From Armatimonadota bacterium (lineage in GTDB: Bacteria; Armatimonadota; Armatimonadia; Armatimonadales; Armatimonadaceae): 39,786 nucleotides of DNA. The notes under the pieces are model-generated. The model was not told the DNA's origin and made no database searches. It saw nothing but the letters and a program-made list of their open reading frames with translations. The stretch lies in assembly GCA_043754515.1 (NCBI GenBank), contig JAYUUO010000121.1:1-39786 (forward strand), in the 5' to 3' direction. Below are positions 8,771 to 17,367 of the stretch, piece by piece (the stretch's first letter is position 1; each line of letters opens with the position of its first letter). The position numbers and the translations under genes were made by a program.

Positions 8771-10696
8771 ATGGCAAGACGAACCCCGCGCACCGACCCC
8801 GGTGCGACCCCGACGAAAACCGACGAGGGACGCAAGAAATCATCCGGGGCGAGCGAGGCGGCTAGCACGCCGCTGACGATTCCGGCGCGGTGGGAGAAGC
8901 TACGCTCGGACGTGCGTGCCACGCTCGCGGCACTTCCGCGCGCCTTCGCGCTGGTCTGGGCTGCTAGTCCTGGATTAACCGTCACTCTAGCCGTGCTCGC
9001 CGCGGTGGGTAGCGGCGTCCCCGTGCTGACGGCGTGGCTGAGCAAGCTACTCGTGGACGCGGTGGTGTCAGCCGCTCGGAGTCCGTCTCACCCAATCCGC
9101 GCGGTGGTTGTTCTCGTGGTCGCGCAGTTCGCGCTCTACATGGTCTCCTCCGTGATGCAGTCAGCGCGGTCGCTCACGGAGCAGACACTTCGCGAACTGA
9201 CTGGCAACCGGGTTCAACTCACGCTGATGGAGCACGCGAACCGGCTGGATCTCGCCCTGTTCGAGAACCCGACGTTTTACGACAAGTTGCAACGCGCCCA
9301 GCGCGAAGCCGTCAGCCGCCCACTCGGTATCGTGGAGTCCGTGTTCGACCTCGTCGCCTCCTGCCTGACGTTCTTCTCGCTGATCGCACTGATGGCGCGG
9401 CTCGGATGGCTCGTGGGCGTGATCGCGCTCGTCGCTCCCGTTCCCAGCTTCATCGCCTCGTCGCGCTACGGCCAGCAGGGGTATTGGCTCGCGTGGCGGC
9501 AGTCGGCGGATCGGCGCATGATGGGCTACCTGTTGAAACTCCTGACCGAGGACACCTACAACAAGGAGATTAAACTGTTCGGCCTCGGCCCGCGCTTCAT
9601 GGCGCGGTGGAAAACAATCGCCGACCGCTTCTTCCGCGAGAACCGCGCCCTGATGACACGTCGGTCTCTCGCGGGATTTGCGTGGGGCAGTCTGACCACG
9701 CTGTTCACGAGCGGCACGTTCCTTTTCGTCGCGCTACGGGTTATCGCGGGTGCACTGACATTCGGCGACCTGACATTTTACACGCAGGCGGTCGGCTCCG
9801 TGCAGTCTAGTTTCCGGGGTATCCTGTTCGGGATCTCGTCGCTCTATGAGGGTAGCCTGTATCTCAACACACTGTTCGAGTTTCTGGACATCGAGCCGAC
9901 GATCCGCGACCGCCTGGACGCCGTGCCGCTCGCCCGCCCCTTTACCGCCGGAATTGAGTTTCGGGACGTCGTGTTCACCTATCCGGGGAAAGACAAGCCA
10001 TCCCTCGCTGGGGTCAGCTTCACTGTGTATCCGGAGGAGACCGTCGCGCTGGTCGGCGAAAACGGCGCGGGCAAGACCACCATCGTGAAACTGCTCACGC
10101 GGCTCTACGAACCTGATAGCGGCGCGATTTTTCTGAACGGGCGTGACATACGCGAGTACGACATTGCCAGTCTGCGCGATGCCATCGGCGTGATATTTCA
10201 GGACTACGTGACATACTTCCTGAGTGCCGCCGAGAACATCGGCGTCGGGCGGCTGGAGGAGAGTGACGACCGTGAGCGGGTCGAGGCGTCCGCCGCGAAG
10301 AGCGGCGCGGACGCGGTGATCACGAAACTTCCTAAAGGGTACGAGACGACGCTCGGGCGGTGGTTCGAGGACGGCTACCAGTTGTCAGGCGGCGAGTGGC
10401 AGAAGGTCGCGCTCGCCCGCGCTTTCATGCGCGACGCCGACCTGCTGGTGTTAGACGAGCCGACCGCGAGTCTGGATGCCCGCGCCGAGTACGAGATATT
10501 CGAGCGGATGCAGCAGTTGACGCGCGGCAAGATGGCACTGTTTATCAGCCACCGGTTCAGCACGGTGCGACTAGCCGACCGGATTATCGTGCTGGAACAC
10601 GGCACCATCCGCGAGAACGGCTCGCACGAGGAACTACTCGCGCTAAACGGCATCTATGCCGAACTGTTCAACCTGCAAGCGTCGGCTTACCGCTAG
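8771..10696 (+). CDS. ABC transporter, fused permease/ATP-binding (exporter type)
   Basis: N-terminal TM domain, Walker A GENGAGKT, signature LSGGEWQ, Walker B LLVLDEPT, H-loop ISHRFS. Confidence 0.95.
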   Translation: MARRTPRTDPGATPTKTDEGRKKSSGASEAASTPLTIPARWEKLRSDVRATLAALPRAFALVWAASPGLTVTLAVLAAVGSGVPVLTAWLSKLLVDAVVSAARSPSHPIRAVVVLVVAQFALYMVSSVMQSARSLTEQTLRELTGNRVQLTLMEHANRLDLALFENPTFYDKLQRAQREAVSRPLGIVESVFDLVASCLTFFSLIALMARLGWLVGVIALVAPVPSFIASSRYGQQGYWLAWRQSADRRMMGYLLKLLTEDTYNKEIKLFGLGPRFMARWKTIADRFFRENRALMTRRSLAGFAWGSLTTLFTSGTFLFVALRVIAGALTFGDLTFYTQAVGSVQSSFRGILFGISSLYEGSLYLNTLFEFLDIEPTIRDRLDAVPLARPFTAGIEFRDVVFTYPGKDKPSLAGVSFTVYPEETVALVGENGAGKTTIVKLLTRLYEPDSGAIFLNGRDIREYDIASLRDAIGVIFQDYVTYFLSAAENIGVGRLEESDDRERVEASAAKSGADAVITKLPKGYETTLGRWFEDGYQLSGGEWQKVALARAFMRDADLLVLDEPTASLDARAEYEIFERMQQLTRGKMALFISHRFSTVRLADRIIVLEHGTIRENGSHEELLALNGIYAELFNLQASAYR

Positions 10697-10771
10697 AAGC
10701 AGCGGACAATCACCTTTAGCGCGGACATGTGTACCAGCGATATGGATGTGCCCCGCGCGGTACGCGGGCAC

Positions 10772-10844
10772 GCGCCCGTGGTCTAAGGGATAAGGCGGCA
10801 CTTTTGTAAAGTGTACGATGTGGGTTCGATTCCTACCGGGCACT
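10772..10844 (+). tRNA. tRNA-Thr(UGU), atypical acceptor stem, no encoded CCA
   Basis: Cloverleaf: acceptor GCGCCCG/CGGGCAC (one C-A mismatch), D arm GTCT/AGGC, anticodon arm GCACT-TTTGTAA-AGTGT (TGT at 10805-10807), T arm GTGGG-TTCGATT-CCTAC. Confidence 0.8.
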
Positions 10845-11693
10845 CTGTCCCCGGACACGGCTTCGATGACATAATCCGGCTAACCCGCCGATGCTTATCA
10901 GGAGCCAGGTGCCCGGTTCGGGTACGACGTCCGCGCCGAAGTCCGGGGTCGCGAGGCCCAGGATGACGCCGATGGCCTGCGCATCGTACTTCGCGCCGGT
11001 ACTCGTCGCCGCGCCCGTTCCACGATTCACGCTGTACAGATTTCCGCCATCGTCCGCCACCTGTAACTGATTCGCGCTGTAGACCATCCCGTAGGTGCCC
11101 TGCCCGGTAGCAAAACCCGCCGACGTGGTAAGCCGCGTCGCCGCGCCCGTGCCGGTGTTTACGGAGTAGAACGCGTCGCCCGACTGACCGGGCGACAGGA
11201 ACAGCGAGCCGGTGTTGTCGAACGCCAAACCGCCGTCAATGTCGGCCCTTCCCTGCCCCAAAACCCCCACTTTGGTCGTCGCCCCCGAAGCGAACACGCG
11301 CAAAAGTTCGGTGTCGGTGCCGTCCGAAGTTGGGGCGATCCCCCACAGATTCCCGTTATTGTCGCCGGTAATGCTGGCGACCACCTCGCCGTTCGGAGTC
11401 GCCAGCGACACCCCCGCTCCGAGACCCCCCGTAGAGGTCGAAACCGTATACAGAGTGTTCGCGCTGTCGAGTAGATAGAGTTGCTTGCTCTGGCCGAACC
11501 CGAGCGACGCCGGAATGATCGCCGGGGCGAAGTTCGCGCCGATCTGTGTGAATGTCCCCGTCGCGAGACTCAGAGTGCCGAGGCGGTTCTGATCCGTGAC
11601 AGTGTACACCGACTGCGCTCGCGCCGCTGATCCGCCTCCCACTAGAAAGGATGCGGCGACGAATAGGAAGGCAATAGGGATAGTATTTCTCAT
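10833..11693 (-). CDS. PEP-CTERM sorting-domain surface protein, probable beta-propeller
   Basis: Signal peptide from ATG 11693, repeated (L/F)YxVxxxTG units, C-terminal VPEPGTWLL + hydrophobic helix + basic tail. Confidence 0.88.
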   Translation of the reverse strand: MRNTIPIAFLFVAASFLVGGGSAARAQSVYTVTDQNRLGTLSLATGTFTQIGANFAPAIIPASLGFGQSKQLYLLDSANTLYTVSTSTGGLGAGVSLATPNGEVVASITGDNNGNLWGIAPTSDGTDTELLRVFASGATTKVGVLGQGRADIDGGLAFDNTGSLFLSPGQSGDAFYSVNTGTGAATRLTTSAGFATGQGTYGMVYSANQLQVADDGGNLYSVNRGTGAATSTGAKYDAQAIGVILGLATPDFGADVVPEPGTWLLISIGGLAGLCHRSRVRGQSAR

Positions 11694-11727
11694 GCGGCGG
11701 TTATCATAGCGTTTGTTTTTCCTCTGG

Positions 11728-13920
11728 TCAGGGCGTGAGTGGATACAGGTTCGCGCGCGGAATCGCTTGCATCGTCTGCCCCGAGTACGACCAGTAGAGT
11801 TGGGCGGAGGCGACGCCCGTGGCATGGTAGTAGTCCATGGCGAGCGGCACCCGCTGTCCCGCGGTCAAGTGCACCGTCGTCACGCTCTGGTCAAGCCGTG
11901 GCGAATGAGCGGTCCAATCCTCGATTACGGTGGCCCCATTCACCCGGACACGCACCCCAGACGCGGTGACGGTATAGAAAGAATAGTCCCCGGTTACGGG
12001 TGCCTGCGCGAACCCTTCCCAGCGGACGGCGAAGTTGTTGTGCCCCAGCCCGCCGATGCCGGGAATCCCGGACTTGCCCCAGTTGAAAGCAACCCGCGAA
12101 TCTGTGCGCGTCCCGACGGACGTGCCGGTCAGCGCGGTACCCGAGTAGTAGGTGCCTTTCAAACCGGTTCCGGCCCCGACGGTGGCGGTATCGAGCCGGA
12201 GCACGGTCACGGAAGGCGACGGAACGGTGAGCGAAATACTGCCCGCGCTGGAAACCGGCACGTCGGTCAATTTTGTAATCGCCGTGTCCGTCGCGCTACC
12301 GCCGATACCAGCGAGCTGCCAGACGCGTGCGCTGGACGCGCCGCCGAAGTTCGCCACGTTGACCGTCACTGGCGTTGACCCCGAAGACTCTTTCGCGATG
12401 ACCACGATGCTGACCGCGCCGCCCGCGCTGTCCTGCGAGGCGAACGCCGACACAGTGTTCGGGTCGGGCGCGGCGGCGGAGACCGACGTATCACCGAAGC
12501 CGCTCTTGTTCCCGTCGTAGTTGCGGAACATCGAAATGGCTTTGTACGCGGGCGTCCCCGGATTCGGCGTCGTCCAGCGCGTCGCCAGATCAAGCCCTTC
12601 CCGGCCCAGAATGCCTAGAATATCCGCCTGCGTAGTCGCGCCGTTCATGTGCCCTTCCGCGCCCCAGTTGTACTCGGTCAAGCCGATCAGCGTGCCGGGA
12701 TAGTACTGAGCGACCCAGCCTTTGAGGCGCGGCGCGAGTTGAACGTAGTCGGCGATCCACGTCTCGTCTTTATAAATCGGATCCCACAGAGAGCGGGTCG
12801 AGCGGTTCCGCCGCGACTGCATGTCCGCCGAAACGTCGTTGCCAAACTCTCCCCCTTGCGGGTAGATATGCACGCTCAAAACGTCGAGCAGGCGTTTATT
12901 GTTGGTCTTGTCGTAGTCCGCATATTTCGAGAGGAGCCAGGGGATGTAATCGGCCTCGCCGTGCGTGCTGCGATCCGGCGCATGGTAGAAATCGTATCCG
13001 TGCGACGGCCCCCACTGCTGATCCCGCCCGGAATAGAAGTAGCCGCTCCAGCCCCACTCTTCGGGACCGACTATTTTCGCCGAAGGGTCAACGGATTTGA
13101 TCGCCTCGCCGTAGGTTCGGAACTTGTCCCACATCGCATCCATGGACGCTCCGACCGGCTGCACATCCCGGTGCGACCCGTGCCAGATGCTCGACTCGTT
13201 GTCCATAAGGTAGTAGCGAACACCACCGTTCGCGGCGGTGCCCCATTTATTCACGAGGTGCTGTACCCAGCCTCGTTGGAGCGCGACCGAGTTTTGCATG
13301 TTCGCAAGGTTAGGGTCATTGCCGGTGATAGGCTGGCCGGTAGATTTGTAGATGCCGTTACCGCCTCCGGGGTAGTAGGGGTCGAACGATTGTTGGTCCG
13401 GGTATTTCGAAGCGGGGAACGAGGCGAGTCGCCCGCGCGGGTCGTTTCCGTTGCCGACTTTCGCGACCCAATCAATCAGCGGGATGGTCAACATGCTGAG
13501 TGCCCCGCCCGCTTTGTTCACGGCGACGAAGGTATCGCTGCGCTCTCCGGGAGTCGCGCTATCGTCCGGAAAACTCTCGAAGAAGTAGTCATTGCCTTTA
13601 TTGTCGGCGTTGAGTTGCCAGTTGTAGCGGGTCGTATTATTGCCGCCGATACGAACCAGCGGGCAGTTCAGATCGCTGATCGCGCTTCCAGGATAGCAAA
13701 GCCCATAGATGAGCGGCGAGATAGGGTGCCGCCCCGCGTTCACATCCACGGATATCGTGACTGGGACGTTCGCGGCGAGAACTTTGCGCGTCCGACTAGT
13801 AACCACGGACGCGGTTTTACCGGTCTGCGCGCACGCAACACCAGCGAGTACATATAGTGTCAGCGACAGCGAGACGCCAACAAAGAAGTACGAACGAAAA
13901 TGGTACGACATTATCCCCAT
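11728..13920 (-). CDS. Secreted glycoside hydrolase family 44 (endoglucanase/xyloglucanase) with C-terminal PA14 domain
   Basis: HPISPLIYG, RIGGNNTTRYNW, MDNES (acid/base), GPEEWGW, HIYPQ and TEYNWG (nucleophile). PA14 motifs GLKGTYY and NNFAVRWEG. Start at 13920 or 13911. Confidence 0.92.
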   Translation of the reverse strand: MGIMSYHFRSYFFVGVSLSLTLYVLAGVACAQTGKTASVVTSRTRKVLAANVPVTISVDVNAGRHPISPLIYGLCYPGSAISDLNCPLVRIGGNNTTRYNWQLNADNKGNDYFFESFPDDSATPGERSDTFVAVNKAGGALSMLTIPLIDWVAKVGNGNDPRGRLASFPASKYPDQQSFDPYYPGGGNGIYKSTGQPITGNDPNLANMQNSVALQRGWVQHLVNKWGTAANGGVRYYLMDNESSIWHGSHRDVQPVGASMDAMWDKFRTYGEAIKSVDPSAKIVGPEEWGWSGYFYSGRDQQWGPSHGYDFYHAPDRSTHGEADYIPWLLSKYADYDKTNNKRLLDVLSVHIYPQGGEFGNDVSADMQSRRNRSTRSLWDPIYKDETWIADYVQLAPRLKGWVAQYYPGTLIGLTEYNWGAEGHMNGATTQADILGILGREGLDLATRWTTPNPGTPAYKAISMFRNYDGNKSGFGDTSVSAAAPDPNTVSAFASQDSAGGAVSIVVIAKESSGSTPVTVNVANFGGASSARVWQLAGIGGSATDTAITKLTDVPVSSAGSISLTVPSPSVTVLRLDTATVGAGTGLKGTYYSGTALTGTSVGTRTDSRVAFNWGKSGIPGIGGLGHNNFAVRWEGFAQAPVTGDYSFYTVTASGVRVRVNGATVIEDWTAHSPRLDQSVTTVHLTAGQRVPLAMDYYHATGVASAQLYWSYSGQTMQAIPRANLYPLTP

Positions 13921-14108
13921 CCTTTTAGAAACACAGGAGTGACTGCCCTTATTATCGGCACGGCATGGGCATTTTCTCACAGCGTGTGACTTCAGACCGT
14001 CGTCGACTGTTCCGCGAATGTCGCCGGCGGATACGTGGGCCAGTCCTTACTGATGCCGAGACCGAATACGCAGTCGTATGAACATCAATTCCATTCTCGT
14101 TCGGTTGA

Positions 14109-14122
14109 TGCTAACGTTGGCA
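14109..14122. promoter_or_regulatory. Putative LacI-family operator upstream of the GH44 gene
   Basis: Near-perfect palindrome TGCTAACGTTGGCA with a central CG, just downstream of a possible minus-strand promoter (TTGCAC-N18-TATACC, 14157-14128). Confidence 0.4.
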
Positions 14123-14282
14123 AATAAGGTATACCCGGATACACCCCGGAAGTGCAATCAGAATCTGGTGCCAGCGGGCATAAGACATGTATCGAGAGGC
14201 AATTTTGTTGCTTCTCATGAAAGCGATCGCGTGTACGGCTAGAACCGGGGGATGGAATAAAATCTCTGATAGTCCTAAATTA

Positions 14283-15289
14283 TAGCAAAATCAAAAATGA
14301 TTAATGTTTGTGTGCAATAGCCCATGCGTCCTTATTCTCTTGACCTACGGGAGCGGGTGATCCGCGCCTTACAAGGCGGCGCGAGGCAGAAAGCCGTCGC
14401 CGAACAGTTCGACGTATCGCTCTCCACCGTGCAACGCTTCTCCTATCAATACCGCGCGGAGGGACACCTGCGGAGCAAGCCGTCGCCGGGACGTCCCGCC
14501 AAGGTCACCCCGGCGCGGGAGACCGATCTCCTGGAACTCGCCACGGGCGAGAACGCTACATTAGTCAGCATCGCCCGGTCGTGGCGGGAGAAAACCGGCG
14601 AACACATCGCCGCCTCCACAATCCACTATGCCTTGCGGCGGCTCGGCTACACGCACAAAAAAAACACGGGACGCGGCGGAACGTGACGAGGGGAAGCGCG
14701 AGCGGTTCCGACTCGCTTTAGCCACGGTCGCGCCGGAGCGTCTGGTATTCCTGGACGAATGCGGCTTCTCTCTTGCGTTGTACTGGCTCTATGGGTGGGC
14801 GAAGAAGTCGGAGCGGTGTGCCGAGAAAGTCGCCTGCCAGCGCGGGGTCAACCGCTCGCTACTGGGGGCGATGTCTCTGACGGGGATGTGCGCCTTCGCG
14901 ACGAAGTTAGGCGACTTCAAGCGCGACGACTTCGGGGGGGGCTGACGGCGGAGTTGCTCCCCGTGCTCGGCGAGGGGTCGGTGATAGTTGCCGAGAAATG
15001 CTCAGCATTTTCGCGACTAGACAACGCCTGGATTCCTCATGGGGGGAACATCGCCGCGCTGGTGGAAGCGGCAGGCTGTTCGTTGCTGTACTTGCCGCCT
15101 TACTCGCCGGACTTCAACCCGATCGAACTGGCTTGGGGGTGGATTAAGGGGGAGGTACGCCGGATCTGCCCGAGGGATGACAAGACGCGAGAAGAGTCCA
15201 TCGGCGCGGCCATCGCCGCCTTGCTGGGCGAGTCCGCCCCAGCGTGGTTTAGGAACTGCAACATACTTCAATGATCAATGAATGTGCTA
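14283..15289 (+). mobile_element. IS630-family insertion sequence, degenerate
   Basis: Imperfect terminal IRs (left TAGCAAAATCAAAAATGATT; right, reverse-complemented, TAGCACATTCATTGATCATT), each flanked by TA. Exact ends are uncertain by 2 bp because both sit in TATA runs. Confidence 0.88.
14324..15274 (+). pseudogene. IS630 transposase split over three ORFs
   Basis: HTH start YSLDLRERVI; DDE motifs FLDECGF, LDNA and YLPPYSPDFNPIELAW. Frame breaks at A8 (14657-14664) and G8 (14934-14941), plus a 27-bp in-frame insertion. Confidence 0.85.
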
Positions 15290-15698
15290 TATAAGGAGCA
15301 AGGAAGTACATCGTTGTCCAAGGGACATAGGCGGTGTTCTTACAGGGGAAACGGCGGCGGACATGAACGACAGTGCAATTTCTCGTGCGAATGAGACTAT
15401 GTTCGAGAAAATCGGAACGTCTTACGTGTATCGGACAGAGGTAGGCTTTGTTTCCGCGTCCGAAGATGATAAGGCGGTGGATTTCTCCGATGTAAAACTA
15501 TCTGTCGCCGAGGTTGTTATCCTCGCGGACGGGCAGAGTTGGCACTTCGCGCGACGGCCCAACGTGATCACCGACTACTTTTTTGATGGGTCAACTTCCT
15601 CTGGATTTCGCAATACGCTTTTCGCGGACGGTCATGCCAAGGCGTTGCCAGAACAGAAGTTCTTCCTTCTTTGGGTAGGCGGCCTTGGTGTCCCTTGA
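15288..15698 (+). pseudogene. C-terminal fragment of a DUF1559/prepilin-associated H-X9-DG protein
   Basis: YIRSKEVHRCPRD, TSYVY and NTLFADGHAK motifs. It begins at the IS end and no prepilin N-terminus is visible. Confidence 0.6.
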
Positions 15699-15818
15699 TT
15701 ATTGTCCCTGATTTTGCTTCGGAGACAAGCGAGCGATGACCTCGGTGACGAATGCCAAAAGATATTCGATACCGCTCCCGATCTGCCTCACGATTCACCG
15801 CCTCGGCGGGCCCGACAC

Positions 15819-17336
15819 TCACTCGCGCACGATTCGAAGACCGACATACGGGCTTTTGAAACCCGGCACGTTGCCGCCGCGCACCGTGACCCGTTGCGCC
15901 CGCGCGTCCAAGAACCAGCAACCGCCGCGAAGCACCTGCTCCGTCGCGTCCGGGTCACGCGCGACCGGATCCGCGGACGGGCTTTTCGCGTAGTAATCCG
16001 GTACGAACGCGTCCTCGCACCACTGCCACACATTCCCCGTCATGTCGTAGACCCCCCACGCGTTCGCGCGCCGGTTCGCGACCGGGTGCGTCCGGTTCTC
16101 GGCGTTCGCCGCGTACCACGCATATTCGTTCAGGTCGGCCTCGCGCACCGTGGAACGATCCTCGCCGCGCGGGTACTGTCCGTCGGAACCCGCGCGGCAC
16201 ACGTACTCCCACTCCGCCTCGGTCGGGAGCCGGTACCGCGCCTTGCCGCCCGAACGCGCGGTCAGTGCCTTACAAAACGCCCTGGCGTCGTTCCATGTCA
16301 CGGAGTCAACCGGCAAATCATCGCCGGGGAACGCGGACGGACTCACCCCCATTACCACCTTGTAGACCGCCTGCGTGACTGGGGTTTGCGAGATGAAAAA
16401 GGGACGAGTGATCCGGATGTCGCGGGCGGGTTGCTCGACGGCGTTCGTCGGGTTCCAGACGCCCGCCTTCGTCAGCGCATCCTTCTCAGCGTCCGTCGTA
16501 CCACGGACGAACGAACCGGCGGGGATCCGCACCCACCCCATACCCGCGAACTGCGCCTCGCCGAAATCGGGCACGGTCGCGGGATCCGAGTCGGGAAGCG
16601 TCTCCGCGTTGCCGGAGCGCAACCGCACGTCCGCAAACCAGACCGTGCCGGTCTCGCCGCCAAGCAGGAATGACGGCATCAGATTGCCCACGGTCGGGGC
16701 GTCGGCAACATTCGCGGCAGTGAAGGAGCAGACATACCGCTTCCACCGCGCACTGAGCGTGACGGTGGAACTTAATCCGATTCCGTGGTGATCGCCCGCG
16801 CCGACCTGCGCGTATACTGGGACCGAGCGCAACCTGTCGGCACGGGCGCGGAACGTCAGGGTGTACGTCTTGCCGTTCGCGAGCATTGGGAGACTCTGAT
16901 ATAACTGTACGTGCCAGTTCGTGCCGGTCACCTTTGTCACCGCGATACGCACCGCATCGCCGTCAACGCTCATCTCGCCCTTGCCGCCGTCGTACTGGCC
17001 GAAGTCCCACGCGCCCGGTGCCGTGGTCGGCTTGAGCAGATCGGGACCCGGCGGTTCGACCGGGGCTGGCTTCCCGGCTTCCGCCTTCTTCGCCTCTGCC
17101 GCTTCGTCGAACGCAGCGAAGGTGTGATTGTGCAGGGCGTAGTACAGACCACGGAAGTTACGCGCTCCCCCGCCGGCGGGCGCGACGTGGCAATAAGAAC
17201 ACGGCTTCTTCTCTGCCTTCGCGTATTTCGGCAGGGCGTTCGCAGCGCGACAAAGCCCCAGCGCGAGGAGTATCAGGACCGCGCCGTAGCAGACGATGGC
17301 GGCGCGGCGGGACGGGATAACGGCTTCGTGTATCAC
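15819..17336 (-). CDS. Secreted fusion of monohaem cytochrome c, CBM4/9-like module and FGE/SUMF1-family domain
   Basis: Signal peptide; CSYCH; WHVQLYQ...GKTYTLTFRARA...GTVWFADVRL; PVTQAVY, YRLPTEAEWEY, NAWGVYDMTGNVWQWC and RGGCW. Confidence 0.88.
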   Translation of the reverse strand: MIHEAVIPSRRAAIVCYGAVLILLALGLCRAANALPKYAKAEKKPCSYCHVAPAGGGARNFRGLYYALHNHTFAAFDEAAEAKKAEAGKPAPVEPPGPDLLKPTTAPGAWDFGQYDGGKGEMSVDGDAVRIAVTKVTGTNWHVQLYQSLPMLANGKTYTLTFRARADRLRSVPVYAQVGAGDHHGIGLSSTVTLSARWKRYVCSFTAANVADAPTVGNLMPSFLLGGETGTVWFADVRLRSGNAETLPDSDPATVPDFGEAQFAGMGWVRIPAGSFVRGTTDAEKDALTKAGVWNPTNAVEQPARDIRITRPFFISQTPVTQAVYKVVMGVSPSAFPGDDLPVDSVTWNDARAFCKALTARSGGKARYRLPTEAEWEYVCRAGSDGQYPRGEDRSTVREADLNEYAWYAANAENRTHPVANRRANAWGVYDMTGNVWQWCEDAFVPDYYAKSPSADPVARDPDATEQVLRGGCWFLDARAQRVTVRGGNVPGFKSPYVGLRIVRE

Positions 17337-17367
17337 GGGTTTCGGCTTTCGGACGCTCTGTCCAATG

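Noticed and set aside
12649..13857. Long antisense or alternate-frame ORFs (also 15702-16673, 18514-19341, 29664-30608, 34902-35801)
   Set aside because: Shadow ORFs of GC-rich genes with well-supported products on the other strand; no motifs of their own.
13921..14108. Riboswitch in the GH44 leader
   Set aside because: No recognisable aptamer consensus; an Rfam/Infernal scan would be needed.
15819..16000. FGE/C-type-lectin C-terminus as a diversity-generating retroelement target
   Set aside because: No reverse transcriptase and no template repeat differing at adenines seen in the window.
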